From: Mytilus californianus
Lineage: Eukaryota
Reading direction: 5' to 3'
DNA: 64,000 nt
Assembly: GCF_021869535.1 (NCBI RefSeq)
Contig: NW_026262712.1
Span: 42,036,001 to 42,100,000 of the forward strand
The position numbers and the translations under genes were made by a program. Below, piece by piece: positions 38,393-49,231 of the stretch. Positions within the stretch are counted from its first letter, which is position 1; the number at the start of each line of letters is the position of its first letter. A model generated the notes under the pieces. That model was not told the DNA's origin and did no database searches. It saw only the letters and a program-made list of their open reading frames with translations.

Positions 38393-40499
38393 ATTAAGTT
38401 CGAAAAGGTTTTGTTCTTTCTTTCTTTTGTCATTTAACTGTTTCACTTGAATACTTTAAACCTGGTTCTGTCTATTCGGTAAAATAAACTTAACGGATGG
38501 TTCATGTGTATACCTGTGTGCAAACAAATCAGGTAAAACTTGTATTATGTGTCACTTTAAAACCGTAATAGGTCTTATAAACTGATACATATTCATGTTC
38601 TCCATATATAACATCACAATTTGGTACATCTTTGCAATTTTTGAACTTTTTGCGATATATGCATGTTAGCATATAAACGAAATACTCCTAAATAAAATAT
38701 ACATACGATCAACATGTTTAAAAAAGTGGACATGATATTTATAGTGATACATTTGTGTTTTTGTCTTTTTTTTTTAAATATTCTTTTTAACAGTAAAATC
38801 AGTTTAAGGAGTGTTTATTTACAGGGTTTATTTATGATATATGCCTGTCTCTTTTCTGGATACGTTGGCTATTCGGTCTGCAGATGTTGGAGTAGTCGTT
38901 TTGTCACTCCTGTTGCGTTTGCGATCTACAAGGCTCTGATTACAGCTCCATGTTTATAAAATTGATCGTTTATATCAACAAATGCTACAAATTATTCTCG
39001 AACTCAAAGTTCTTTAAGGCGAAGCATACGTAATTGCACGCCTCTAGCGGAATTCGGGATACAAAACGTGCGTCGTTAGTTACGCAAGTTATCTCCCCTA
39101 CTCCAAGAACGGGAAATGGGCACATGAAAGAGAAATCATCATTCTAATGACTTTGTGCGGTCTATCATGGGCCCAAACAAGTATAATTCCTGTGCTATGT
39201 CAAAATTTCAAAGAAATTAGCTGACTCCAATCAGAAATCTTTGATCTTAGTATCCTATTGTGTGTTAGTCTGCAACTGTTTTTGTTTTAGCCTCACGCAG
39301 GAGCGGGTACATAATACCGCTCGTATTTATTTCAACAGAAATTAAAAATAAACAAATAAACTAGTGACAATTTTCCTTCTAGTCGTATCATACTCGTTAG
39401 AATCAATCCAGAATTGACCCCACAATATTATTTCAATGAAATTCACAGTGTCAGTGTAGCGTAATTTTGAAGGTTACGAATAATTACCGGTAAATTGCAT
39501 TTAAATATGTATGTTGAACTAGAAAGCCGTGGGCATGTCCCGTTTTTTAAGCAATTGAAAATTTTAGGATAATTTATATTTGTGTGAAAATTATAAACGA
39601 CACTATAAAGGGTAATCGACTACAAGTGAAACATTTTTAACATGTATACATAAGTGGAAGGACAAAGCTTACAGAAAAAAAAACGAACAAAAAAATCAGA
39701 TTCCGTCTACAAAACATTACACAGAAAATAAGAATTTAGCACTGTGACATCTAACTCAGAATATGTAAATCATCTATCTCATCCAAATCTCGGTTCTAAA
39801 GGAGCAAAAAATAAACAGGTGTATTCTATTCCGTCCGCAATATGTTGGGAAAGTTAAATCTAAATTTAGAACCATGGTTGAAACTGAAACTACACATGTA
39901 TACATGATAAAAATAGAACATGCAGTTTTTTTCTTGATCAAATTCCAATTTCGAAAGGATAGCGAAATTTGCATTCTTGTGTTGTTCTTTTGTGTATCAT
40001 TCAGAAGTATAGAATACAATTTTGAAGTAATTTCTTCTTCTCAAATCTCAATATTGAAGATTACTAGTACTATAGAATTATAGAATATAAGGTAAAGGGA
40101 AGAAGGGAGAGGGTGAAGAAAATAATGTTACTATGTCGGGGCCTTTTATAACCGACTAAACGTTAGGGATTTTTCTCATGGTTGATGGCCTTATGGTTGC
40201 CTATTATAATTGCTTATATCCATTCCATTAAATAAGGCAGCTGGGGTGTCAAAATTTTCGGCGATAAACCTTTCGTTAGCTTCTGTAAAAGACTTTTCGG
40301 TCAAAGTAATTTCAAATTTCAATATAAAAACTGGTGATCGCGGACCTAGTTTTTTCGTAACAATACATTGAAATTAACCACATTTAGGGTATTCTATTTT
40401 GTTTATATAGGAGAAACTTAAGTTTTCCTTATTGAAGAAACATTAAACGATAGAATTGTCTAAAATTCAAAGAGATAATTTCGTTAATTAATACTTCTG

Positions 40500-40537
<38 letters not shown>

Positions 40538-40539
<2 letters not shown>

Positions 40540-41639
40540 TAGACTTGGACAACTACGTAAACATCTAGTTGTTCGAGGATACAATAACAACATCATTGAT
40601 AGCGCTTTCGAAAGAGCAAACAAAACTAGTCGCCAAGAACTTCTAGAGTACAAAGATAAGAATAAAGCAGCTAACAGAACACCCCTTGTACTCACTTACC
40701 ATCCTGATTTTAAAAATGTGTCTTCCATTGTTCAGAAGCATTGGAAAATTATAGAAAATGATTCAAATCTTAAAAAAGTGTTTTCCTCACCACCAGTCAT
40801 GGCCTTCAGAAGACCTAAAAACATCCGTGACAAATTAGTGACATCTGTATTAGCAAAGCAGCCTACTCCATCTCCCGGTTGCTACAAACAATGTGGTCGA
40901 AGGAACTGCTTGTGTTGTAAAGCTGCCAATACAAGCAGATCTTTCATCAGCTCCGTTACTAAACAAAATTATACCATCTACTCAAATTCCAACTGTAAAA
41001 CGGAGAACTCAATTTATATATTAACATGTGACACATGTGGCATTCAGTATGTGGGAGAAACAATGGACAAATTTAATATTCGGCTCAATAACCATCGTTC
41101 ATGGTACAAAACAAACAAAAACTGTCCTCTCACAAGACATCTTCGTTCAACGAAACATTCTTTTGATAATGTTACCTTCCAAATCATAGAAGTCAACACC
41201 GAGTGGGACACCACGGCGAGAAGGAGAAGAGAAAATTTTTGGATCCACCAACTCCACACTTTAGAACCTGATGGTCTTAACGAAAAAGATGAGAAAAGAT
41301 ACAGGAAAGATAAAGAATAATTTAGTACACAGCATCGTCCTTTCTATCCTGTAATATTGGCCAATGGACGTTGCTAACTTCAACTACCAATTTTGTAAAA
41401 ATCTTGAACTTCATCCAAATTATGTATTATTTTCAAGGCAGCTAAATTCAAGTGCAACATATACATTGAGCTGCAAAAGTTTCTTACCATCTACATCCGA
41501 TTTCACCTGGATAGATGCACGCTTGATAAAGCTAGTTAGTCTAGCGAAATATTGCGTTTATTTTCATCATTTTGTAAATATTTTAAACATTCTTATATTT
41601 ACATACTAAATAGTGTGTTAAAATTACATTGTTAGGCAA

Positions 41640-41641
<2 letters not shown>
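40538..41641 (+). mobile_element. 5'-truncated canonical (C-terminal EN; Neptune-like) Penelope-like element: RT thumb remnant + GIY-YIG + 3' UTR, inserted in (TA)n
   Basis: RLGQLRKHLVVRGY...PLVLTYHP...AFRRPKNIRDKLV...CGRRNCLCC...NCKTENSIYILTCDTCGIQYVGET...RLNNH...RRENFWIHQLHTLEPDGLN; (TA)n on both sides (40502-40537, 41642-41677). Confidence 0.92.
41519..41557 (+). ncRNA. Minimal type I hammerhead ribozyme motif in the PLE 3' UTR (copies at 49065-49103, 56649-56687)
   Basis: ACGC-TTGATAA-A-GCTAG-ttagt-CTAGC-GAA-ATAT-T-GCGT: stem I ACGC/GCGT, core U3UGAUA8A with a U3-A8 pair replacing C3-G8, stem II GCTAG/CTAGC, GAAA, palindromic ATAT stem III. Confidence 0.7.
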
Positions 41642-41671
<30 letters not shown>

Positions 41672-41679
<8 letters not shown>

Positions 41680-41950
41680 TCTAGAGATTTGCACAACGAT
41701 ACTAATATAAGATGGTAATATACGAAGATGTTGTTAATAAATCGTGTTGACAAATATTTCGGCTTAACAAATAGCCTTCTTCGGTGTCAATTATTTTAAC
41801 AATACTGATACTATCAGTATTGTTAAAATAATTGACACCGAAGAAGGCTATTTGTTAAGCCGAAATATTTGTCAACACGATTTATTAACAACATCTTCGT
41901 ATATTACCATCTTATATTAGTATCGTTGTGCAAATCTCTAGACTTATATA
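41672..41950. repeat. Perfect 279-bp palindrome (274 bp with no loop in copies 49224-49497 and 56810-57083)
   Basis: Arms are exact reverse complements around C41811 (aatactgata-c-tatcagtatt); copies 2 and 3 read tactgatcagta. Confidence 0.97.
41832..41875 (+). ncRNA. Minimal hammerhead ribozyme motif in the right arm of the palindrome (mirror copy on - strand at 41747-41790)
   Basis: TTGACA-CCGAAGA-A-GGCT-atttgtta-AGCC-GAA-ATAT-T-TGTCAA: 6-bp stem I, CCGAAGA core (U4C variant), 4-bp stem II, palindromic ATAT stem III. Confidence 0.65.
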
Positions 41951-42056
41951 ATTTTTTTCCTTATCTGCACAGTATCGTCTATTCTAGACGATCCGGTACA
42001 TAGTAAATTTGCTGGTTGGTCCTTTTTATAGACTTCTATATATATATATATATATA

Positions 42057-42172
42057 CAAGTCTAAATTGAAAACAACGTTCAAACCTATGATTGCGTTGG
42101 ATTAAAAACCGCAATTTTTATACGTGTGCATGCAAAACAAATTTCTTGGTAGAGGGGTCTAAATACAGCACA

Positions 42173-42179
<7 letters not shown>
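42057..42179 (-). repeat. Short element terminus (probable PLE 3' end) embedded between (TA)n tracts
   Basis: Bounded by (TA)n 42037-42056 and (AT)n 42179-42221; reverse strand ends ...gttgttttcaatttagacttg|tatata. Confidence 0.55.
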
Positions 42180-42224
<45 letters not shown>

Positions 42225-42752
42225 GGTGTCACGGGCCTAATTTTCTTGAAAAAAAAATATTGATAGTTCAATCTTTAAATTTCAAGTTGTAGGTATTTTG
42301 TTGTAAAATGTATATTGAATGATACTTGGTAAACTATTTGTAAAACAAATAAGTAATATTGCAACATGACCAGAAAGGACGCTCAGAAAAAATACACCCG
42401 GGAGATCTACCTTAAACTGTGGCAAATAGTTGTCCAATTTGCAATGATACCACATCTCCTTATTTTTATATCACATAAAAAAACCAATTAATTTGCATTA
42501 GATACAAGCACAACACGCAAGGTAAACTCGTATAGCATTACATTATGAACAGTCTCCTTGCCAACTTCCGAAGCAAGGTTGTCGGCTCTCCGAACTTTCT
42601 AGAGGTCCTGATTTTATTGCCGAGTTTATGAGCTTCGATCCTTGCTTAGAAGTGGTCTCCTTTCATTATACTGGATAAAATCTAATGAATTTACACTAGA
42701 AACATTTTTTAGCATCTTACTGGATGATTACATTCTCATAACATCGCCCTTG

Positions 42753-42905
42753 GTACATTCGTATAGCATTACATACGTACATGTACATTCGTATAGCATT
42801 ACAAACGTACATTCGTATAGCATTACATACGTACATTTATTTCATGACACCAGTACATTTATATCATGACACCAGTACATTTATATCATGACACCAGCAC
42901 ATTTA
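42753..42905 (+). repeat. Two adjacent minisatellites: ~24-30 bp gtacattcgtatagcattaca x3 and 22-bp atttatatcatgacaccagtac x3 (repeated in each array unit)
   Basis: Directly visible tandem units. Confidence 0.85.
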
Positions 42906-44329
42906 CAGCATATAACTATAATACACAAAGCTTTAGACTTAGACTTAACAATACGGCTTTAGCATAAAGCATTACAATATACACAATGCTAAGGCATAAC
43001 ACAGGCAGTGATCTATGCAACGGGAAGTTATATAAAAACTCCGATCTGTTTCATTTTGCTGAAATTCATATACGGGTTCTTTTTTTGGCCTTATTACAGC
43101 CATTCTCAAGATGATATGCATTTGCAGATTTCTTTTTTTTTGTGAGTCGTACATGCCGAAATTTAAGGAATAATGGTACAAGAAATTATTTCCTTTGTTA
43201 ATGAATCTCCAGCAAACATTATACCATGTATAATGCCTTGTCGTGTAGTTAAAGAAAAGGGAAAGCTATCTAGACAGGAAATTTTCAAGTAAAATTGTAG
43301 AATCACGTGCACGTGTGTGAACTTGACAAATAGGTTGTGTACGCAATACCTCGCATAGTGCCGGAAATGGTGAGGATGAAAAGAAGCGATCCCAATATTA
43401 TAACCGAATTTTTCAAATATGTATAGAATCATTCTGTACTAATCTGGACAACTCGATATTTTATTTAAAACTATTAGAACAATACAAATATTTAAAAAAA
43501 AAAGATGTGGAACCCTGTCTAATCAAGAAAAAATGGAGTTAAAGTCTATACAGTAACTTTTTTTCACTTGCAGTATATTTATTTTCCAATTTGCATTATT
43601 TTGGCAGCAGAAATAATCCTTAAACATTTTTCAGTTTGTATCATTATCAACCATGTCAACCGATTACGCTTTTTTTTTTAGCATTTCCAATACTTAGGAA
43701 AATGTGTTTCACACACTCACGACTTGTATGACAATACTATACAGTACAATGGGTATACTAGCGTTATAGAGTAGAATTTGTGGTGACGTTACAGCAAACA
43801 TAAATAATGTCGCCGAATATTTTATAATTTTCCGATAAAAATTAAACTTCAAGAGAATATAGCTTGAAAACTAGCACGGTTGCTAAGGACTTTCTTTGCG
43901 CCAAGGGATTCGTCGTTTATTTTTGAATCGCATTTCGAATTTAAAAAAAAAATCTGTTGACCAACGAATTAGAAAATCGTGATAAAGTAAAAATATCTGC
44001 CGTTTTTTTAAGATTTTCCCTATATATCCTTTGTATTTCTGGCGTATCATGCTGTTAGTTTTAACAGCTTGTATCTGAAAAACGAAAACGGTTACCCCCT
44101 TTTTTTATTTTATATTCTGATGTAATTTTACAAGCAGAATCCACATGTAAAATGTAAAAAAAATCTGTGGAGTAGTTATATTACGTACACTTCGCCTTAA
44201 TGAAATTTTTTACATTTTTAGTTCATTTATTTTCTGAAGTTGAGCGCCGTTGCCTTTACGCGGAATGATGTTGTAAAGGCCTATTTGTGCCTTTGGAAAT
44301 CTAGACTTCACAGGATTGACAGCGCTTGT

Positions 44330-45390
44330 TACAAGAAGGTTTATTTGATCACAGCCACCTTTATTTCTGCGTATGGCATTTGTCTATACAGATAACAACC
44401 TTTTCAATATCTTTGTTTTCATTTTTTTTTGGAAGGCTAGGTCAATGTTTTGCTCAATTTTGTCAAGGAATCCTCCAGATATTGAAGCGTTTACTAACGA
44501 ATCGTCGATATGTCCGGGCCTATTACAATTAAATGCTCTAAGGAGAACACACACTGTCTCTTTTTCACAATTTGCGTTGTCTGATGAGATGGATTCTTCG
44601 TCACCTTCGTCAGTGTGAATGTTTTTTGTAATGTATTGTCTTCCCTCGAATATTTCAGGACCATAACTGCCCAATTCATTTTTCTGTTTCCTGTTTGTAC
44701 TGTTCACAGTCTCGTCTAGTGTGACCTTTAATGTAATAGTAAGGGCAGTATGTTTCACATGTACAGGCGTTAGCTACGTGACCTATACCACAACAATTGT
44801 AACATCTCCTTTGATTCTTGAGACTTGGTTTGTCCATACATCTGTATGAAGGATGACCTGTGTCATGACAGTATATACATGGAGTGCGATTGTTACCGGA
44901 AAATAGTCTTACTTCGAAACGACCAAATGATGTTCTATTCGGGAGCACTGCATCACAATCCAGAATATCAATATACCGAGACCCATGTTCGATGTTTGTG
45001 CCTTTAATGACGCCTCGTTTTATAGAGCCTGTAATAACTTTACTAAATCTAAACATCTGAGTACAAATGTATAAATTTTCTAGTTCGTAAGATGCGTCTT
45101 TTATTGTTACATGAGTAATTAAACTCTCTACTTCATAAAATCTAATAGATATATCTCTTAGCGTTATACCTTGAGCTGCTAGTCTGTCCTTTGTTTCAGG
45201 TTGTTTTTAGAGTAACTATACAGTCTTTTTCAGTGATTTGAATTGATAACACATCCTCAATACTAATTACTTTACCTATTTATGACAAAACATCCTCATG
45301 CGATATCCCTTGGTGAAAAAATGTAGAGATAAATGTCTCTTTACTCTAGACAATTTTGTGAGTTCAGTTCCAAATGGCAACAAGTAGACA
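44330..45390 (-). pseudogene. Degenerate LINE ORF1 (gag-like, RRM-type region + three CCHC zinc knuckles); copies at ~51883-52943 and ~59466-60526
   Basis: Reverse frame: ISHEDVLS*IGKVISIEDVLSIQ...AQGITLRDISI...HVTIKDASYE...NIEHGSRY...CIYCHDTGHPSYRC...CYNCCGIGHVANAC...KGHTRRDC; frameshifts present. Confidence 0.85.
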
Positions 45391-45399
45391 TGTATATAA

Positions 45400-46000
45400 T
45401 CACAAATAGTAGAATGTTTTGGATTAAAGTTTGCGAAATTTACTCACATATCCATCATTTGGTAGAAACCATAATAATATCTTGAAAAATGGCACCAGAA
45501 AGTTAAGATATAAGGATTTTAAAACACTTTTCAGATGAACACAAAAAACTCACATATCCATTTTCAAAGGGACATTAATGAGATTGTCAAACGAAAAATG
45601 TCATATTTGCCAAACGGTTAATGATACTGAAAATTTGCGACATTTAATTTTCGATTGCAGTACAACCAAAATAATCATAAGTGAAATCAAAGATATTTTC
45701 ATATTATGGAATGTTCAATTAGATTATGAAAATTTAAAACATTTTATGCTTTTGGGAGAATCGGACTAAACTTTACTTGTAAATCTCTTTTTTATTTTGA
45801 CAAAATGGTCCTTGAGGAAAACAAGAAACACAATCAAATATGATGGGATAAAAATGTCATCTACAGATATTTTGAATCTTTGGAAATCATATATGATAAC
45901 CAATCGGAAATCTGTTCCCATTTATTTATCTAATAACGCAATAGAAAAAGTAAAAAAAAAACACACATTAATTAATGTTATATGATAGTTACAAACCTTG
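45400..46000 (+). pseudogene. 3' fragment of LINE ORF2 (C-terminal CxxC...HxxxxC zinc-binding region); copies at ~52953-53553 and ~60536-61136
   Basis: RKLRYKDFKTLFR*...LMRLSNEKCHICQTVNDTENLRHLIFDC...ILTKWSLRKTRN, typical of the L1/Tx1 ORF2 C-terminus. Confidence 0.75.
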
Positions 46001-46955
46001 TAGGAGATAATAGTCACGATCGATGCTATGTCTACCTTTTATGTCTCTTTAATTTGTAACATGGTTTAAAGGTGCACTCGATTGTGTTATAATGCTATAT
46101 AATTTATTATTACATTCTAGAAAGATGTTCTTTTTCATATATTGTCATATAAAAGAATAATAAGTATTATTATACTACTTTTTCAGGTAATAATGTGCAC
46201 TTTGTTCAGCCTCCTGCTTCCCGGACAGTTGGTTTCAAATGTAAATGGGAATCCTTAGTCTGCATTCTGGGCAATTGAGGAAATTGTAAACAGGAAATTT
46301 TTGGAATAAACAAGTATCTATTTTTTAAAAAAAGATATGGAATGATTATCTCATGTGTTCTCTCTTTTTCATATTGCGGACTTCTTTTATCAGAATTAAA
46401 ATAGAAGAAGATATAATAATAACTAATAGTTTTTCAAACGTAAGTGGTATTTACTAGTTGGTCTTATTTAAGAGAGTACAATACCTATAGAAAACAGCAG
46501 CTTGGTTATCGAAATACGTTAAACAAAAACAAAAACATCAAGCAACGAGAACCCCTGTAACAGGCTCTTGACTTGAGACAGGTACGTTACATTGCTATAT
46601 ATGTCTTGAATCTGTCATTTACGGTATTGAAGTACACTAGGTATTATAGGATTAAACGCCTTTATAAAGGAATTTATTGGTGTATAAACTCGACCAATTC
46701 ACTAACAAACAAATTAAAGTCCGAAGTTTGTGAGTGTCTTGGTCCAGTTAATACACCAATAAATTCCTTTAAAACGAAGTTGGCCTGGCGCATGGATATA
46801 TTTGTTGGTTAACGTAAAAATATGAAATTTGCTATCTAATAAAAAATAAAATACAAAAATATCTTATCATCATTCAAATGAATGTTTTGTGTTTATTATT
46901 TAATTTAACAAATAAACATAAATATTTTCAACGTCGAACTGGCTTGTGATATTAT

Positions 46956-47062
46956 CGCCGCCATCTTCTTTACATTGTTTACAAAAAGTAGTTCGGTCAA
47001 CGTTGTCTATCGAAAAATAAACAACGTCAAGAGCCACTACCGGAAGTCCTCTCGACCAATCA
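46956..47062 (-). promoter_or_regulatory. Promoter-like motif cluster (CCAAT, ETS, YY1) oriented for - strand transcription; copies at 54508-54614 and 62092-62198
   Basis: CGCCGCCATCTT (YY1, 46956-46967), ACCGGAAGT (ETS, 47039-47047) and CCAATCA (47056-47062) within ~110 bp of otherwise AT-rich DNA. Confidence 0.4.
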
Positions 47063-47714
47063 TTTAAACGTAAACTAATAACATGTTTCTAGACCTTACG
47101 TTTTGCTATGTGGGTTGTTGTTTGCACATTGTTAAACAAGGGCGTTTTCAAATACTTGCTCCGAAATATTTCTTTTTCATGTTGACTGATTCGTCATGAT
47201 CACAAAAAAGGATTAAATAAGAAAAAAAGTATTATATCCAATTCATGGAAGCAGAATCTATGTTTTGAAAATAACATTAAGGGCAACCATTGCACTTCGT
47301 CAGATGCGCTTTGTGACTATTAATGTTTCCCATGTGCCAAACATATTTAAGAATCTAAAACCTAATAATATTTTTCATAAAACGGGTACCTTTCATCTTA
47401 ATAAAAAGGCTGAAACACTAAAGAGAAATATTGTATATTAACAGAACAAAATATAAATTGTCTAAGGCATAATGGATCAGATACTGCATCGTTAGTGTTG
47501 CTTAAATTTATACATATACTATAAGTGGATTAATATGTATACGAGCAATGGATCAATTAAACCATGTACTTAAAAAGAACTTATCACCTTTACGGTGATA
47601 TCGATGCCACAAAGACTTGAAAATATGCTGTGACCTTAGCATTTGTCAATATCAATTTATCTTTACTGTTCCTATAAAAAGTTATTTTGAGATCCTTTGC
47701 AAAAATATAACATA

Positions 47715-47850
47715 TAACATACATACATACATACTTAAAATACCTACATACCTTCCTACCTTCTACCTACCTACCTACCTACATCCATACATACATGTAT
47801 ACCTACATAAATGCTTACCTACATACATGCATACCTTCATGCATGCATGC
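47715..47850 (+). repeat. (CATA/CCTA/CATG)n compound tetranucleotide microsatellite terminating each array unit (also ~55267-55459, ~62850-62986)
   Basis: Directly visible; each tract runs into an N gap. Confidence 0.95.
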
Positions 47851-48106
47851 NNNNNNNNNNNNNNNNNNNNNNNNNNNNNNNNNNNNNNNNNNNNNNNNNN
47901 NNNNNNNNNNNNNNNNNNNNNNNNNNNNNNNNNNNNNNNNNNNNNNNNNNNNNNNNNNNNNNNNNNNNNNNNNNNNNNNNNNNNNNNNNNNNNNNNNNNN
48001 NNNNNNNNNNNNNNNNNNNNNNNNNNNNNNNNNNNNNNNNNNNNNNNNNNNNNNNNNNNNNNNNNNNNNNNNNNNNNNNNNNNNNNNNNNNNNNNNNNNN
48101 NNNNNN

Positions 48107-49185
48107 ACATCTAGTTGTTCGAGGGTACAATAACAACATCATTGATAGCGCTTTCGAAAGAGCAAACAAAACTAGTCGCCAAGAACTTCTAGAGTACAAA
48201 GATAAGAATAAAGCAGCTAACAGAACACCCCTTGTACTCACTTACCATCCTGATTTTAAAAATGTGTCTTCCATTGTTCAGAAGCATTGGAAAATTATAG
48301 AAAATGATTCAAATCTTAAAAAAGTGTTTTCCTCACCACCAGTCATGGCCTTCAGAAGACCTAAAAACATCCGTGACAAATTAGTGACATCTGTATTAGC
48401 AAAGCAGCCTACTCCATCTCCCGGTTGCTACAAACAATGTGGTCGAAGGAACTGCTTGTGTTGTAAAGCTGCCAATACAAGCAGTTCTTTCATCAGCTCC
48501 GTTACTAAACAAAATTATACCATCTACTCAAATTCCAACTGTAAAACGGAGAACTCAATTTATATATTAACATGTGACACATGTGGCATTCAGTATGTGG
48601 GAGAAACAATGGACAAATTTAATATTCGGCTCAATAACCATCGTTCATGGTACAAAACAAACAAAAACTGTCCTCTCACAAGACATCTTCGTTCAACGAA
48701 ACATTCTTTTGATAATGTTACCTTCCAAATCATAGAAGTCAACACCGAGTGGGACACCACGGCGAGAAGGAGAAGAGAAAATTTTTGGATCCACCAACTC
48801 CACACTTTAGAACCTGATGGTCTTAACGAAAAAGATGAGAAAAGATACAGGAAAGATAAAGAATAATTTAGTACACAGCATCGTCCTTTCTATCCTGTAA
48901 TATTGGCCAATGGACGTTGCTAACTTCAACTACCAATTTTGTAAAAATCTTGAACTTCATCCAAATTATGTATTATTTTCAAGGCAGCTAAATTCAAGTG
49001 CAACATATACATTGAGCTGCAAAAGTTTCTTACCATCTACATCCGATTTCACCTGGATAGATGCACGCTTGATAAAGCTAGTTAGTCTAGCGAAATATTG
49101 CGTTTATTTTCATCATTTTGTAAATATTTTAAACATTCTTATATTTACATACTAAATAGTGTGTTAAAATTACATTGTTAGGCAA

Positions 49186-49187
<2 letters not shown>
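48107..49187 (+). mobile_element. Second copy of the truncated canonical PLE (unit 2)
   Basis: Near-identical to 40561-41641; ORF to 48866. Confidence 0.92.

Positions 49188-49231
<44 letters not shown>

Larger units (their letters stand above)
39018..44196. mobile_element. Putative Kolobok-type non-autonomous element (TTAA TSD) hosting nested PLE insertions
   Basis: TTAA|GGCGAAGCATACGTAAT at left; ATTACGTACACTTCGCC|TTAA at right (15/17 inverted match). The right end recurs at 51745 and 59327. Pairing of the two ends is inferred. Confidence 0.55.

Noticed and set aside
38400-38960. ORF1 remnant upstream of the minus-strand LINE ORF2
   Set aside because: Expected position and some Cys/His, but too degenerate to support a call
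40429-40695. Minus-strand ORF MSTRGVLLAALFLSL... resembling a signal peptide
   Set aside because: It is the antisense frame of the PLE ORF running into (TA)n; no independent support
42753-42905. Short direct repeats as a possible CRISPR array
   Set aside because: Units are contiguous with no unique spacers, and the context is eukaryotic; these are minisatellites
46188-46280. Possible exon after a strong tactttttcag acceptor in each array unit
   Set aside because: Short frames end in stops, there is no clear partner exon, and it lies just past a LINE 3' end
47617-48241. Long ORFs containing X runs (also 55169-55825 and 62753-63200)
   Set aside because: Artefacts of translating microsatellite plus N gaps; only the part after the gap is real PLE coding sequence
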